Shown: positions 38,443 to 47,878 of the stretch, one piece after another
Layout: every line of letters starts with the position of its first letter
Numbering within the stretch: the first letter of the stretch is position 1
Virus record (IMG/VR): IMGVR_UViG_3300045284_000200
Coordinates: 1-56,854 of that record
Strand: one strand, 5' to 3'
Source of the DNA: a virus
Lineage: Duplodnaviria > Caudoviricetes
Length of the DNA stretch: 56,854 nucleotides
Made by a program: the position numbers and the translations under genes
The notes under the pieces: model-generated
What the model saw: the letters and a program-made list of their open reading frames with translations, nothing else
Database searches by the model: none
Told to the model about the DNA's origin: nothing

Positions 38443-38666
38443 TCGCCGGGCACCTCGATAATCGGCGGTGGATATTCCGCTTGATCGGCGTGGGTAAGAA
38501 GCGATACGGCTAGAGCCCTCGCTTCCCTAGGCTTCAATTTCATCCGTGCTATTGGCGGATTGAACACAATCCTGACGGTGCCCTCGGCATGACCAAGTTG
38601 AATGTTCACCGGCTGTTCAGACTCAGGCTGCCTGCCAGGAACGTGGATTCGATTGTTGTCAGACAT
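38439..38666 (-). CDS. Hypothetical protein
   Basis: Start MSDNNRI; coupled. Confidence 0.45.
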   Translation of the reverse strand: MSDNNRIHVPGRQPESEQPVNIQLGHAEGTVRIVFNPPIARMKLKPREARALAVSLLTHADQAEYPPPIIEVPGE

Positions 38667-38919
38667 TGGGTTTTCCTTTCGCTTCGATGCCCTCGAACTC
38701 GGCGACGCGCTCGACGATGCGTAGAACGGCAGATGTAAACTTAACATCTAGTTGGTTCCCATGAAAATCATCGCGGTTGATTACGAACCGTATCAACCGA
38801 TTCAAGTCGCTGGCCACTTCGTTAGCCCATCCCTTATCGTGCTCCTCAGAGAACTCGTAGATCGCATTGAGTCTTTCAAGAACCTCTTCGGCGGTGAGTT
38901 GTTTGGTTTCAGTTGGCAT
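38659..38919 (-). CDS. Hypothetical protein
   Basis: Start MPTETKQL. Confidence 0.45.
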   Translation of the reverse strand: MPTETKQLTAEEVLERLNAIYEFSEEHDKGWANEVASDLNRLIRFVINRDDFHGNQLDVKFTSAVLRIVERVAEFEGIEAKGKPNV

Positions 38920-39226
38920 TGGTAAATTTGTTCGCTGGCCCTTCGTAAAAGGCATCATTACCGTTCTTGGACACTTCCACCCACTCTTCACCAAACATTT
39001 TCGCAAGCCACTCTGGCAATGGAAGCGCATCGCCATCGCACCATGCGTCGTGAATCAGCCCGCCACTCAAAACGACCATGTGGTAGCGCCACTGAATTCC
39101 AGCGCCCTCAACCCAAATCATGTCATCCCCATGTTCCTGAATCTTATCAGCAAGCGAACCGCAATTGCCTTCCCAGTCGGCAACTGTTTCGCCGTGTCGC
39201 TTCAGGTATTCAGTCGCACGATTCAT
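38909..39226 (-). CDS. Small papain/transglutaminase-fold-like protein
   Basis: GNCGSLA...YHMVV...IHDAW gives Cys-His-Asp order. Confidence 0.45.
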   Translation of the reverse strand: MNRATEYLKRHGETVADWEGNCGSLADKIQEHGDDMIWVEGAGIQWRYHMVVLSGGLIHDAWCDGDALPLPEWLAKMFGEEWVEVSKNGNDAFYEGPANKFTNAN

Positions 39227-39227
39227 A

Positions 39228-39551
39228 TCAGCCTTCGAGTTGTAGCGTCGGATGTTCCTTTCGTATTTCCGCCAACCTGTTCTGAGCACGCTGAAGCTCC
39301 GTTTGAAGACCGCGCATCTCGGCGTGTCGGGCTGTGAGTTGGTAAAGCTCCTCGATGCTCGTAAGCAGCCCGCGCTTATGATCCTCGACGAGTCCCTCCG
39401 CACGCGACTGAAGCTCCTTGGTTGCCGTCGCCGCATCTTCTCCTTCATCCAGTGTGGCCGTCATGGACACTTCCGGTCGGAGATTCGAGTATTGTTCGTG
39501 GGGATGGTTGAACGTACGACCGGCAGTGACGGTGATGGTGTTAATTTTCAT
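39228..39551 (-). CDS. Hypothetical coiled-coil protein
   Basis: Start MKINTITV; coupled. Confidence 0.55.
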   Translation of the reverse strand: MKINTITVTAGRTFNHPHEQYSNLRPEVSMTATLDEGEDAATATKELQSRAEGLVEDHKRGLLTSIEELYQLTARHAEMRGLQTELQRAQNRLAEIRKEHPTLQLEG

Positions 39552-40240
39552 GTGTCTTTTAGGATCCAGCAGCGAGGATCGAGTTTGGTTTTGGTGTCTT
39601 CTGATGTGTGGGCGAGGACGTGATCCATCGGCACCCATACCTTGAGCTTGAGCGGGCAGTCACAGACGGAACAGACGGTGAGTTTATCGTCGTGCGGAGT
39701 GCGCAGTTGAAGATCTCCGCGGATCTCCAGTTGCGTGTGAATCTTGTCCGCGATTGGTTTCGTGAAATAGTCGAGGATGCTTCCGCCGTTGTTCTTCGGG
39801 CAGCCCGCACAAATCGACGCCCGGGCGTCCGCGAGCGATTGCTGGACAGCCTTGCCACCACTCCCGAGCCAATCGAGGAGCACGCCAACTCCAGCCGCCA
39901 CGTTTCTAACTGCTCCCACAACACTTGTTTTTTTTTGAGCCGGTGGTGGCATCACATAGGTCGGAGCGGCCGGCGTCGCGTCGTCCTGGATGATGAAGTT
40001 CAACCAGCCGCCAGCGATGCAACGAGCCGTGTTGTACTGATCTACCTCGTGCTCCACACCCTCACGATCCAGACGCCAGCCATGTCTCTCCGCCAGGAAC
40101 GAGTTGGCCTGACGCAGCATCATCACCTGCTCAACGACGTGGTTAAAGGAGCCGACGATGGGTGAAGACTGCCCGGTTTCAGGCTGGAGAAACTGAAACG
40201 AGTAAGGCGGATGTTCGGTGCGTGACTTCAGATGTGCCAT
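39548..40240 (-). CDS. Cys-rich hypothetical protein
   Basis: ICAGCPKN...CSVCDCPL..K...CW. Confidence 0.65.
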   Translation of the reverse strand: MAHLKSRTEHPPYSFQFLQPETGQSSPIVGSFNHVVEQVMMLRQANSFLAERHGWRLDREGVEHEVDQYNTARCIAGGWLNFIIQDDATPAAPTYVMPPPAQKKTSVVGAVRNVAAGVGVLLDWLGSGGKAVQQSLADARASICAGCPKNNGGSILDYFTKPIADKIHTQLEIRGDLQLRTPHDDKLTVCSVCDCPLKLKVWVPMDHVLAHTSEDTKTKLDPRCWILKDT

Positions 40241-40283
40241 AAGCGGCTATTCGTCACGGTTTCCAGCGTTTTCGCAAGCATCC

Positions 40284-40538
40284 TCATTCTGCGTGCGAGT
40301 GTTGATGCTTGGTTTCGGTCGAGTGTCTGCGGTTAAGAACGCGGATCATGTGGCAGAAGTCCTTCGGCTTCCTGCCCAGCGCCCAGAGAATGGCGTCGCG
40401 TTGAGAGAGGTAAAGCGCCACTTCCATTCGGCACACCATACACAGACACGGCAAGTACGAATCAATCCTCCACTCGATCAACTCCAGCAGTTCCTCCAAT
40501 TGCTGTTTGGTCTTTGGCTTTGGGTTCTTCAGAGGCAT
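40284..40538 (-). CDS. Hypothetical protein
   Basis: 84-aa ORF with CLCMVC. Confidence 0.4.
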   Translation of the reverse strand: MPLKNPKPKTKQQLEELLELIEWRIDSYLPCLCMVCRMEVALYLSQRDAILWALGRKPKDFCHMIRVLNRRHSTETKHQHSHAE

Positions 40539-40903
40539 GGGGCTATTTCGACGACTGTGCCTTCTTCGGTTTTGTGCGCAACCTTCTGCTGTCGGACTTC
40601 GAGGATGATGTGTTCTGGTGAGTCGTCGGTAATAAGATGCTGGTATCGCAGGGCGTCGATGAGGAACTTTGGGCAGAGGTTGTCCGCATCAAGTAGGCGG
40701 CATCGGTAGCTCGTAATCGTAACGCGAAGTCGAGGGCCAACTGGGCTTCGTTCTTGGCTCTCATTCTGAATCGAAGTGGACTTCCGAACAGACGGTTCAG
40801 GGACGGTATTCTGTAATCCACCCACAGCAGCAGGCGTGGCGTTGGCTCGCAGGAAACTTTCTGAGGCGTTCGGGTATCTGGCTTTGAGTTCTTCACGGGT
40901 CAC
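40529..40903 (-). CDS. rusA: RusA-like Holliday junction resolvase
   Basis: RVTITSYR..LLDADNL..KFLIDAL....ITDDS. Confidence 0.75.
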   Translation of the reverse strand: MTREELKARYPNASESFLRANATPAAVGGLQNTVPEPSVRKSTSIQNESQERSPVGPRLRVTITSYRCRLLDADNLCPKFLIDALRYQHLITDDSPEHIILEVRQQKVAHKTEEGTVVEIAPCL

Positions 40904-41649
40904 AAGTCGCGCACGTTGAGATGCCACGCGATGATGAATGTCACGCGCCGCATATGCACCGGATTCTTGTGATTATTTCGAGGATCAACGATTTCTCCGG
41001 TGATAATCGGATCGCCTGTGCCCGGTGCGAACAACCCGAACTGGTCGAAGATTTTCAACGCCATTGCCTGACTGGTGGCTTCCATGATCTTCGGTTTGGC
41101 CATCTGGATCGGGAATGTGACATCATCGAAATCTGTGGCGTGTTCGGCGTAAGACTTCTTCGTGGCGCCATCCTTCACCTCGGTATCCACGTCAGTTTGC
41201 ACCAAAGGATGCACCGATTTATACTCACCTTCACCAACCGGAAGTTGAGCGGCTGTCTGCATGAAATGCCAAGATCCGGCTTCGTAGGTTCCGAAATGCC
41301 ACTTCTTATTTGGCTTCTTGCGATTAGTTCGTATGGCGAACAGGTCGATTGGAAAATTCGGAACGATGCAGTAACCCGCTTCCAACGCCGCTTTTATTTT
41401 CTCGTAGAACGTCACGCGATTTGTCGCGAGAACGGAATGGCGCCGGAGCGTGTCCGTCTTCCATTTATTCTTGATCGCGATGGCGAGGTTTTCAGCAAGT
41501 TCGACCGCCTCGTGCTTCATCACTTCAATCTTGTGATTGCACCAAGCGATTAGCTTGTCCTGAGCTTGTGACATTTCCAATGGAGTGGTGGCGGATACCT
41601 CCAGTTCCATTCCGGTGGTGGGGACGAGTTCTTGCGTCATGCGAGCCAT
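40900..41649 (-). CDS. Hypothetical protein; first gene of the leftward transcription unit
   Basis: 249-aa ORF starting at the divergent control region. Confidence 0.65.
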   Translation of the reverse strand: MARMTQELVPTTGMELEVSATTPLEMSQAQDKLIAWCNHKIEVMKHEAVELAENLAIAIKNKWKTDTLRRHSVLATNRVTFYEKIKAALEAGYCIVPNFPIDLFAIRTNRKKPNKKWHFGTYEAGSWHFMQTAAQLPVGEGEYKSVHPLVQTDVDTEVKDGATKKSYAEHATDFDDVTFPIQMAKPKIMEATSQAMALKIFDQFGLFAPGTGDPIITGEIVDPRNNHKNPVHMRRVTFIIAWHLNVRDL

Positions 41650-41700
41650 GTTTAATTAAGCCTTGCCAAATGGCAAGCCTTATTTTAATTAAGGTGAAGC
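41650..41700. promoter_or_regulatory. Divergent control region
   Basis: TTAATTAA at 41652 and 41685 flanking the inverted repeat CTTGCCA-aa-TGGCAAG, between divergent start codons. Confidence 0.7.
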
Positions 41701-41943
41701 ATGAGCATCAAGATCACGAACAGCCATCCGATTCCAAAGGGACACGAGCAGAGGAAACATCGCCTGCGAAAGAGCGAACGGCAGGAAGCTATGGGTCAAC
41801 TCGAAGTCGGTCATTCATTCCCACTGAAAACGTCGATGAGTTCGGTTAGCACATTGATCTGGTGGGCAAATGCGCGATGGCCAGAAAGGGAGTTCACCGC
41901 AGAGGCAGAGAAGGACGTGGTGAGAATTTGGAGAACGCAATGA
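41701..41943 (+). CDS. Small putative DNA-binding protein
   Basis: IPK...LEVGHSF...VRIWRT pattern of a common small phage family. Confidence 0.55.
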   Translation: MSIKITNSHPIPKGHEQRKHRLRKSERQEAMGQLEVGHSFPLKTSMSSVSTLIWWANARWPEREFTAEAEKDVVRIWRTQ

Positions 41944-42079
41944 AAGACTGCAACCCACTGTTGAAAAGCTGGAACCAGTACCTGAAGGACGCGGCGACGT
42001 TCGTCGTGCTTCGTCGTTACGGCGTGGGGCGACTCGACAGCGAGCGCAGCGGGCGCCGGACCAAGCGGAAGGCGCGTCG

Positions 42080-42289
42080 ATGATCTTTGGTCGAAACTTC
42101 GTCAACGGGCATCACTTCATTCTGGTCGGGTTATCCGGCGAAAACCTGGACAAGATTCGAGCCAAGCATCCGCTGTCGATTGGTCCGGTGAAGAACGATC
42201 CACTGCTGGAGAACGCGACGATTACCATCATGGCCGCTGAGACGGAGGCTGACATCATCGAGGAACTCAAGAAGAAGGGGCTGATGTGA
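42080..42289 (+). CDS. Hypothetical protein
   Basis: ILVGLSGENL..I; coupled. Confidence 0.5.
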   Translation: MIFGRNFVNGHHFILVGLSGENLDKIRAKHPLSIGPVKNDPLLENATITIMAAETEADIIEELKKKGLM

Positions 42290-42374
42290 CCGCTACCGCC
42301 AACAATCTAAAACCAAAGTGCGGTAAGAGGTATCGAATTCTTCTTTACGGCTGGAGGCTGTCAGGGACTCGACA

Positions 42375-42620
42375 TTGCAAAAAGCCAAAAGGCCACAAAG
42401 GAAGGTGTGGTGCATTGTAACCGCCACTGACGACAAGCCCAAGGCCATCCGCCGCCATGTCAACCTCTCGAAGGTCGTCGTCGAGGTTGATGGCAAACGG
42501 TATCGGTTCAGCCTGACTCGAAAGGGGCTCGTGGTGCGCCGCTGGCACTCGCAGAAGACAACGACTCTCACCTTCGACGAACTGCTTCGGGTTACGGCCA
42601 TCCAAAGGCAACTGCTGTGA
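42375..42620 (+). CDS. Hypothetical basic protein
   Basis: ORF coupled to the next gene; start uncertain. Confidence 0.4.
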   Translation: MQKAKRPQRKVWCIVTATDDKPKAIRRHVNLSKVVVEVDGKRYRFSLTRKGLVVRRWHSQKTTTLTFDELLRVTAIQRQLL

Positions 42621-42997
42621 ACAACACCGCGAAACTCGCCGCGCTCGAAGCCCTTTACGCGATGCTCCCTAAGATCGAGTGCCAGCGGAAGTGCCAGGAG
42701 TGCTGCGGGCCGATCATGATGACGCGCCTCGAAGCCAAGAGGCTGCCGGAACTGGTCTGCGACAAGATTCCACTTAAGTTCGGCGTAGGATTTCACACCC
42801 GCACACCCAGCGCGACACTCATCTGTCCGCTGCTCAAGGACGGCGCGTGTTCCGTGTACGATCGTCGCCCGGCCATCTGCCGACTGTGGGGGATTACCGA
42901 AGAACTCCGCTGTCCATTCGGCTGTGAGCCGACGGAGCGTTGGACGGACCAACGGGCCAAGGAATGGCTGGATGCCGTACAGCGAATTGGAGTATGA
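42617..42997 (+). CDS. YkgJ-family CxxCxxCC Zn/Fe-chelating protein
   Basis: CQRKCQECCG...CPLL..GACSVY..RPAICR. Confidence 0.85.
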   Translation: MNNTAKLAALEALYAMLPKIECQRKCQECCGPIMMTRLEAKRLPELVCDKIPLKFGVGFHTRTPSATLICPLLKDGACSVYDRRPAICRLWGITEELRCPFGCEPTERWTDQRAKEWLDAVQRIGV

Positions 42998-43383
42998 GTA
43001 ACTGGGAGTTAATCAACCGCGGACGAGTGCGCACTGGCATGTTCGCATCGGACGACAATCTAGGATTCAATGGTGCCTTCTGTTTGTGGATCTGCGGTGC
43101 CAGAGTTAAGGTCATCGCCAGCGATGGCGAAGGATGGCAGCACGTCTCAGTGAGTTTGCAGGATCATCCGACAACACCTCCCAAATGGGATTTGATGTGC
43201 GAAGTGAAGCGGTTGTTCTGGGAACCCGAAGATTGTGTCGTTCAATTTCACCCGCCGGAATCAGAATACGTCAACAACCACGCTGGATGCTTGCATCTTT
43301 GGCGCTGCATTGACGGGCGACAGCAACCTTTACCGCCGTCCATACTGGTCGGCATCTTAACCAAACCACCAAAACCAAAATGA
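42994..43383 (+). CDS. Conserved phage protein
   Basis: GWQHVSVS...P.WD.MC.VK.LFW...VVQFHP...YVNNH..CLHLWR. Confidence 0.75.
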   Translation: MSNWELINRGRVRTGMFASDDNLGFNGAFCLWICGARVKVIASDGEGWQHVSVSLQDHPTTPPKWDLMCEVKRLFWEPEDCVVQFHPPESEYVNNHAGCLHLWRCIDGRQQPLPPSILVGILTKPPKPK

Positions 43384-43985
43384 GCACCTATAGCAAAGCA
43401 CCACCTGAAGTCCGTGACATGGCCGAGGCCATCCTCGAAGAGTTCATCTCCTACAAACCCATCGTAGAAGCCAAGGTGAAGATCGACTTCCTATTCGCCT
43501 TTGCTGAAGTCGGGGAGGACGGAGAATCCAAAGGGCACGCCCTGACCAAGCATGGCATTCGCGCCCTTGGCATCACCCGAAAGCTGGGCATCAAGGATCG
43601 AGTCATGGGCCGCGGCGACGCCGAGGTATGTCTCGACGGCGACTGGTGGGAGGACGCCACGCCAGCCCGGCGGCGGGCACTGCTAGACCACGAGATGCAT
43701 CACCTAGAAGTGAAGACCGATGAGGATGGAGTCGTGATTCGGGATGACCTGAAGCGGCCGAAGTTGAAACTGCGCAAGCATGACGTCGAAGTGGGCTGGT
43801 TCGCGCTGGTCGCCGGCCGGCACGGTAGTAATTCGCTGGAGATCGAGCAGGCCAAGCTGGTGATGGATTCCTACGGGCAACTGTTCTGGCCCTGCATCGA
43901 CGCCGTGGAGCCGCTGCAACTGACCGATGGTGAGGTCGAACAAATCACCCCACGCAAACGCGGCAGGAAGAAGGCAGCAAAGTGA
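43380..43985 (+). CDS. Putative phage metallopeptidase
   Basis: ALLDHEMHH (HExxH), KHDVE. Confidence 0.8.
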   Translation: MSTYSKAPPEVRDMAEAILEEFISYKPIVEAKVKIDFLFAFAEVGEDGESKGHALTKHGIRALGITRKLGIKDRVMGRGDAEVCLDGDWWEDATPARRRALLDHEMHHLEVKTDEDGVVIRDDLKRPKLKLRKHDVEVGWFALVAGRHGSNSLEIEQAKLVMDSYGQLFWPCIDAVEPLQLTDGEVEQITPRKRGRKKAAK

Positions 43986-44290
43986 GCGCACAAGATGGAG
44001 GGCCGGCGTTTCCACGATCCTCGATGGGACCGGCGGGTGATCTGGACATGGCTTTCGGCATGTCATTGCGCGACTACTTCGCTGCGGCTCCGATGAGCGA
44101 CACGGAGCTGGAGACGTTGCGGGAAGCGTACGGTGCGAAGTTCCCCGGCCAGCCGCTTTCCATCAGCCGCCTGCGCTACTGGCGAGCGGACACGATGCTG
44201 GAAGCCCGGGCGCAGTGGTATGCCGAGAATCAGAAGCCCGATCCTGTGGTGGCACCGGTCGTCATTCCGGCGCAAGCGGGAGAGGAATAG
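43982..44290 (+). CDS. Conserved phage protein
   Basis: DGGPAFP...GMSLRDYFAA...ADTML.AR. Confidence 0.75.
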   Translation: MSAQDGGPAFPRSSMGPAGDLDMAFGMSLRDYFAAAPMSDTELETLREAYGAKFPGQPLSISRLRYWRADTMLEARAQWYAENQKPDPVVAPVVIPAQAGEE

Positions 44291-44514
44291 TGAACTCCAC
44301 ACTGCACCACAATTCGCCGATCAAGAACTGCCAGACGTGCGCTCATTGCGTCAGGGACACTGCCGGGCCGGAGTACAATCACTGTTCGAGATTCGGTTTC
44401 TATTGCGTGATTGCCATAAGGAGACTCTGCCAGACCAACTACTGGCAACCCAAGCCGCCGAAGCCGAAACGTCGCAGTCTGCGCCAATGGCTGCGCGATT
44501 TGCTGTGGGCATAA
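44290..44514 (+). CDS. Small Cys-rich protein
   Basis: CQTCAHC...C...C; GTG overlaps the upstream stop. Confidence 0.45.
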   Translation: MNSTLHHNSPIKNCQTCAHCVRDTAGPEYNHCSRFGFYCVIAIRRLCQTNYWQPKPPKPKRRSLRQWLRDLLWA

Positions 44515-44560
44515 AAGCAAAACGGGCGCCCTTCTCCTAATGAGGGGCGCCCGTCGCGTT
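44513..44560. terminator. Terminator hairpin between convergent genes
   Basis: ACGGGCGCCC/GGGCGCCCGT stem; TTTTGCTTTT tail on the minus strand. Confidence 0.7.
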
Positions 44561-44582
44561 TGGAAACGGTTCGGAGGATTGC

Positions 44583-44966
44583 TTACACCGTCGGCGGAGT
44601 GACCACCGGAGGCGTCACGGCCTTGTTCAGCACGTCAGCCAGCGTCTTGGCGTTGGCCGTGTTCGCGTCGATGGCAGCGGCCAGGGTGAGCAACTGGGCA
44701 TCGGTCGGCGTATCGGCGCCGAGTTCAACCACAGCCGCGTTGACGGCGGTGGTCAGTTCAGTCAGTTCAGTGGTAGCCGCCATGACGGAGGCGGTAAGTG
44801 TTTCGAGTGCGGTCATAATTTGGTCGTGTCGATGTTGTGATTGATGCTCCAGACGCCCAAGGCGCTCCGCCAGGTGTTCCACCCTGGAAGACAAGCCCTG
44901 GACAGCGGCCAGTTGATCACTCAACAGTTTGATGAGGGCCAACTCGGTCGATGCATTATCTGGCAT
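44583..44966 (-). CDS. Ala/Thr-rich coiled-coil hypothetical protein
   Basis: 127 aa, followed by a terminator. Confidence 0.6.
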   Translation of the reverse strand: MPDNASTELALIKLLSDQLAAVQGLSSRVEHLAERLGRLEHQSQHRHDQIMTALETLTASVMAATTELTELTTAVNAAVVELGADTPTDAQLLTLAAAIDANTANAKTLADVLNKAVTPPVVTPPTV

Positions 44967-45084
44967 ACACCACCTTACTCCAACGCATCAACCCAAGACA
45001 AGCGGGGGATTTCCCCACCGGTCAAAACGATGGTTCTCGAAAATAGTTCTTGCGTCGGAACAGCGGAAGGAGCAAAAGACAGCC

Positions 45085-45445
45085 GTGAAGCAAGACGACC
45101 GTTGCAAAGACCAACTTTGCCAGACAGGAACAACTCGACCGGCCCGAGCCTGTCCTCACTTGCTTCACACCTTGTGCGACGAATGGCGGCCGTTTCCTTT
45201 ACCGGGCAGGCACGTTGGCCTAACCGCTGTGAGCGGAACTGGGCCAGTGCAGCGAGGGCCGTCTCACAGACGTGGCTATCCGCCCGGTTTCCTTTCCCCC
45301 CACCGTTACAGGCAAGGTGGGTATTCTGCTGATGGTTTGCACAACAGCCATCGGACGAAGACAAACAAAATGCGAGAGACTAACCCCGGCACCATGAATC
45401 AGGTATCGGGGGAGAGGGTAGAGGTGCCGCAAGGTTCCCTCCTAA
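45085..45445 (+). ncRNA. Candidate structured non-coding RNA region
   Basis: Starts at the predicted TSS of TTGCGT-17-CAAAAG; dense nested stems; no convincing ORF. Confidence 0.45.
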
Positions 45446-45987
45446 CTGCACTAGCGCGGTGAAAACCATTCACTCAACTACGCGCCGGCTTCAGCCCTGT
45501 CAGTGGCCCACAGGCAAAGGTTCATCCTGCAACAAACCGTCCCGTTTCCACGCCTTTCTCGGCGAGGTATGGGCCGGCTCCGTTTGCCATGAACATGCCG
45601 TGGACGCTGCCAAAGACCTGAGGCTGGTTATCGCTAGCAAGTCGGACCCGACAGCCGGTGGCCTAATGCGGCACGCACATTCGCCCCGCAAACAAAGCCA
45701 GAGCGTTTCCAGCACATAGGGATTACAGCCGTTCGCCCCCTGCGCCACAGCCCGCGCCACGCTGGTTCTGCTCCATCCTAGGGTAGGGGTGGAGTGTATC
45801 TACTCATCCAACCCAATTCCACGTAACTTCAGTCTATATCCCCTACTTACATCGAATCTGTGTCCGAAATACTACCCAGTTTTTCTGACAAGATTACCAT
45901 GTAATGTTCTCGTAAGAGAAGGACGGAACCTTAACTCGACCACCGCCTCAATCTCCAGCCTCTCCCACTGCCACCCCGCCGGGACGG

Positions 45988-46302
45988 TCAGCCTTGGGAA
46001 AGAGATTCCTTCGGAACTTCTGGCAATGGCAGGACGGAAGGCGCCTTGCGTGCTCGTTCCTTCGGCAGTGGCATCTCGCGCAGGATCGGAGGCAATGATC
46101 GCCCGGAGATAATGCGAAGCCGTTCCTCCAAGACGTCGTATGCTCTGGCGCACTGAGCGCGGATATGAGGTTCCGTCTTTGGGTTTCTGATGTCTTTAAG
46201 GAGCAATTGTTGCATCTCAAGCAATTCGGAGCGGGCGGAGCGTCCGCCCGGGCGGATGCGTTTTGCGGCCAGTTCGCGGGCTTGTTGCGAGGTGAGCGCC
46301 AT
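45988..46302 (-). CDS. Basic helical protein; candidate terminase small subunit
   Basis: 104 aa, ARELAAKR N-terminus, basic tail, at the early/late boundary; function inferred only. Confidence 0.4.
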   Translation of the reverse strand: MALTSQQARELAAKRIRPGGRSARSELLEMQQLLLKDIRNPKTEPHIRAQCARAYDVLEERLRIISGRSLPPILREMPLPKERARKAPSVLPLPEVPKESLSQG

Positions 46303-46329
46303 TTGATGGGAACCGTAACGCGAAGGAAC

Positions 46330-46392
46330 GATTGACGCCAGAAAGATTAATTAAATACGGCTTGCATATTTAATTAACGTGTGAGACATTGG
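46330..46392. promoter_or_regulatory. Early promoter region with two TTAATTAA sites
   Basis: TTGCAT-17-GACATT with a TG extension; TTAATTAA at 46347 and 46370. Confidence 0.6.
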
Positions 46393-46446
46393 CTTCAGTC
46401 AGTAGTAATAACATTACTGACAGTAACTTAGGAAAAAACAGAGACG

Positions 46447-46656
46447 ATGAAAGCAATATCACTTCACAGAAGTTCAAAGGGTTGGACTGCCACGACTACG
46501 ATCAACGGAGAGCCCGATCCAGAGCAAATCGACTTGTTCGGGACCGCCACAATTCCGACGGCGTTTACGGCGGCAGCATTGCCGGCCGTGGTGATGCGCG
46601 AGATTGCGCGGCTCAATCCTGACGCGGACGTAACGATCAACTCCAATTGCCTGTAA
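46447..46656 (+). CDS. Early hypothetical protein
   Basis: LFGTATIPTAFT...V..EI.RLNP; first gene after the promoter. Confidence 0.6.
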   Translation: MKAISLHRSSKGWTATTTINGEPDPEQIDLFGTATIPTAFTAAALPAVVMREIARLNPDADVTINSNCL

Positions 46657-46679
46657 CCCTCCAACCCTTAGGAAAAGAC

Positions 46680-46859
46680 ATGACGAAACAAATTACAACG
46701 GTAGGGCTGGACTTCATTGCAGCGGATGGCAGGCGATACACGACTTGCCAGTTGCTCAAGGATGGCAAGGCCTGTTCTGGACTGCTGGCCAATTCGATAC
46801 CGCAACAGTTCAGCGTGGCGCCGCGAGGCTGGGCGAGCATTGAAGGGGGTGCGCGATGA
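46680..46859 (+). CDS. Early hypothetical protein
   Basis: TTAGGAAAAGAC leader; coupled to the next gene. Confidence 0.45.
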   Translation: MTKQITTVGLDFIAADGRRYTTCQLLKDGKACSGLLANSIPQQFSVAPRGWASIEGGAR

Positions 46860-47104
46860 AGACCATGACTGCGAAATATCCTTGGGATTGGTGTGAACAT
46901 TTATCGCCAACTTGGGAGGAGATTGCAGGCAAGGCTCATCTCTACAAGACCGCGTATCGGCGCAGTGATGGCAAATGCCTTGCCTTGCTTGGCGTCAGTC
47001 GCTTTGCCGATGGTTTGGAACTGGCGGAACCCGTGTTCATGGTCCGCGATGAATTCGGACTGGTCAGAATGACAACCGATCAACTGTGCGGCTTCTGCCT
47101 CTAA
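46856..47104 (+). CDS. Early hypothetical protein
   Basis: ATGA coupling. Confidence 0.5.
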   Translation: MKTMTAKYPWDWCEHLSPTWEEIAGKAHLYKTAYRRSDGKCLALLGVSRFADGLELAEPVFMVRDEFGLVRMTTDQLCGFCL

Positions 47105-47111
47105 TCACACC

Positions 47112-47585
47112 ATGAACACCGAAACCAAACACACTGGCGGCGAAGTTCCGCACGCCACGATATACGAAACCGCAATGCAATTGGTTCACGGCAGCTTGTG
47201 GCCAAACGATGTTAAAAAGCCGAACGTTTTTGAGGTTGCAGAGTTAATCACAAAGCAACTCAAGCCGCTGTTGGATGAATTGCGAATAGGCCGCACGGCT
47301 ATTTCACAATCGGACAGTCTGATCGCGGCCATTGATGGCAACCGCGAAGGCATGTCGCACTCCGATCTGGTTCTAACCTGTAACATGCTGGAACGTGGCC
47401 GGGCGCAATGGCGAAAGGAGGCCGAAGACATGGCCGCAGAACTCGCCACGCTTCGGGCGGACAAGGCGGAGTTGTTAGAAGCCCTAAAGGGTTGCGTTCC
47501 TGCCTTAGAGGACGCTGGGCTTGTAGCTGGTCCACTGGTTAAAGCCCGCGCACTCATCGCCAAACACTCCAAAGCCACCACCTAA
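47112..47585 (+). CDS. Early hypothetical protein
   Basis: MNTETKHT...ELLEALK...ARALIAK pattern common in phage early genes. Confidence 0.6.
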   Translation: MNTETKHTGGEVPHATIYETAMQLVHGSLWPNDVKKPNVFEVAELITKQLKPLLDELRIGRTAISQSDSLIAAIDGNREGMSHSDLVLTCNMLERGRAQWRKEAEDMAAELATLRADKAELLEALKGCVPALEDAGLVAGPLVKARALIAKHSKATT

Positions 47586-47605
47586 CCCACCATAGAAAAA
47601 GACAC

Positions 47606-47878
47606 ATGAAAACGACGACACCGCCGATCACACAGATCGAAATGACCGAAGCTGACATCGAATTCGCGGAGAAGATCGCGAAGTCCTTGGGCTTCACGCA
47701 AACCGCTTACACGTCCACAAGCCAGTTGTGGGGCCTGTTTTGCCTGCCTGACCACGCGAAGCACAAACATGGCTGCATCATCAAGACTCAGGAACTAGGC
47801 TTCCTGTTCGTATCTGACCTTGAGGACATGCAACTGCACAAGCTGGCGGAGCAGGAACGCCAAATAGAGGTTGCATGA
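47606..47878 (+). CDS. Early hypothetical protein
   Basis: A-rich leader; 90 aa. Confidence 0.55.
   Translation: MKTTTPPITQIEMTEADIEFAEKIAKSLGFTQTAYTSTSQLWGLFCLPDHAKHKHGCIIKTQELGFLFVSDLEDMQLHKLAEQERQIEVA

Noticed and set aside
44929-45760. Several overlapping 70-177-aa ORFs on both strands
   Set aside because: No motifs, mutually overlapping and with atypical composition; the region looks mostly non-coding, though 45459-45719 cannot be excluded
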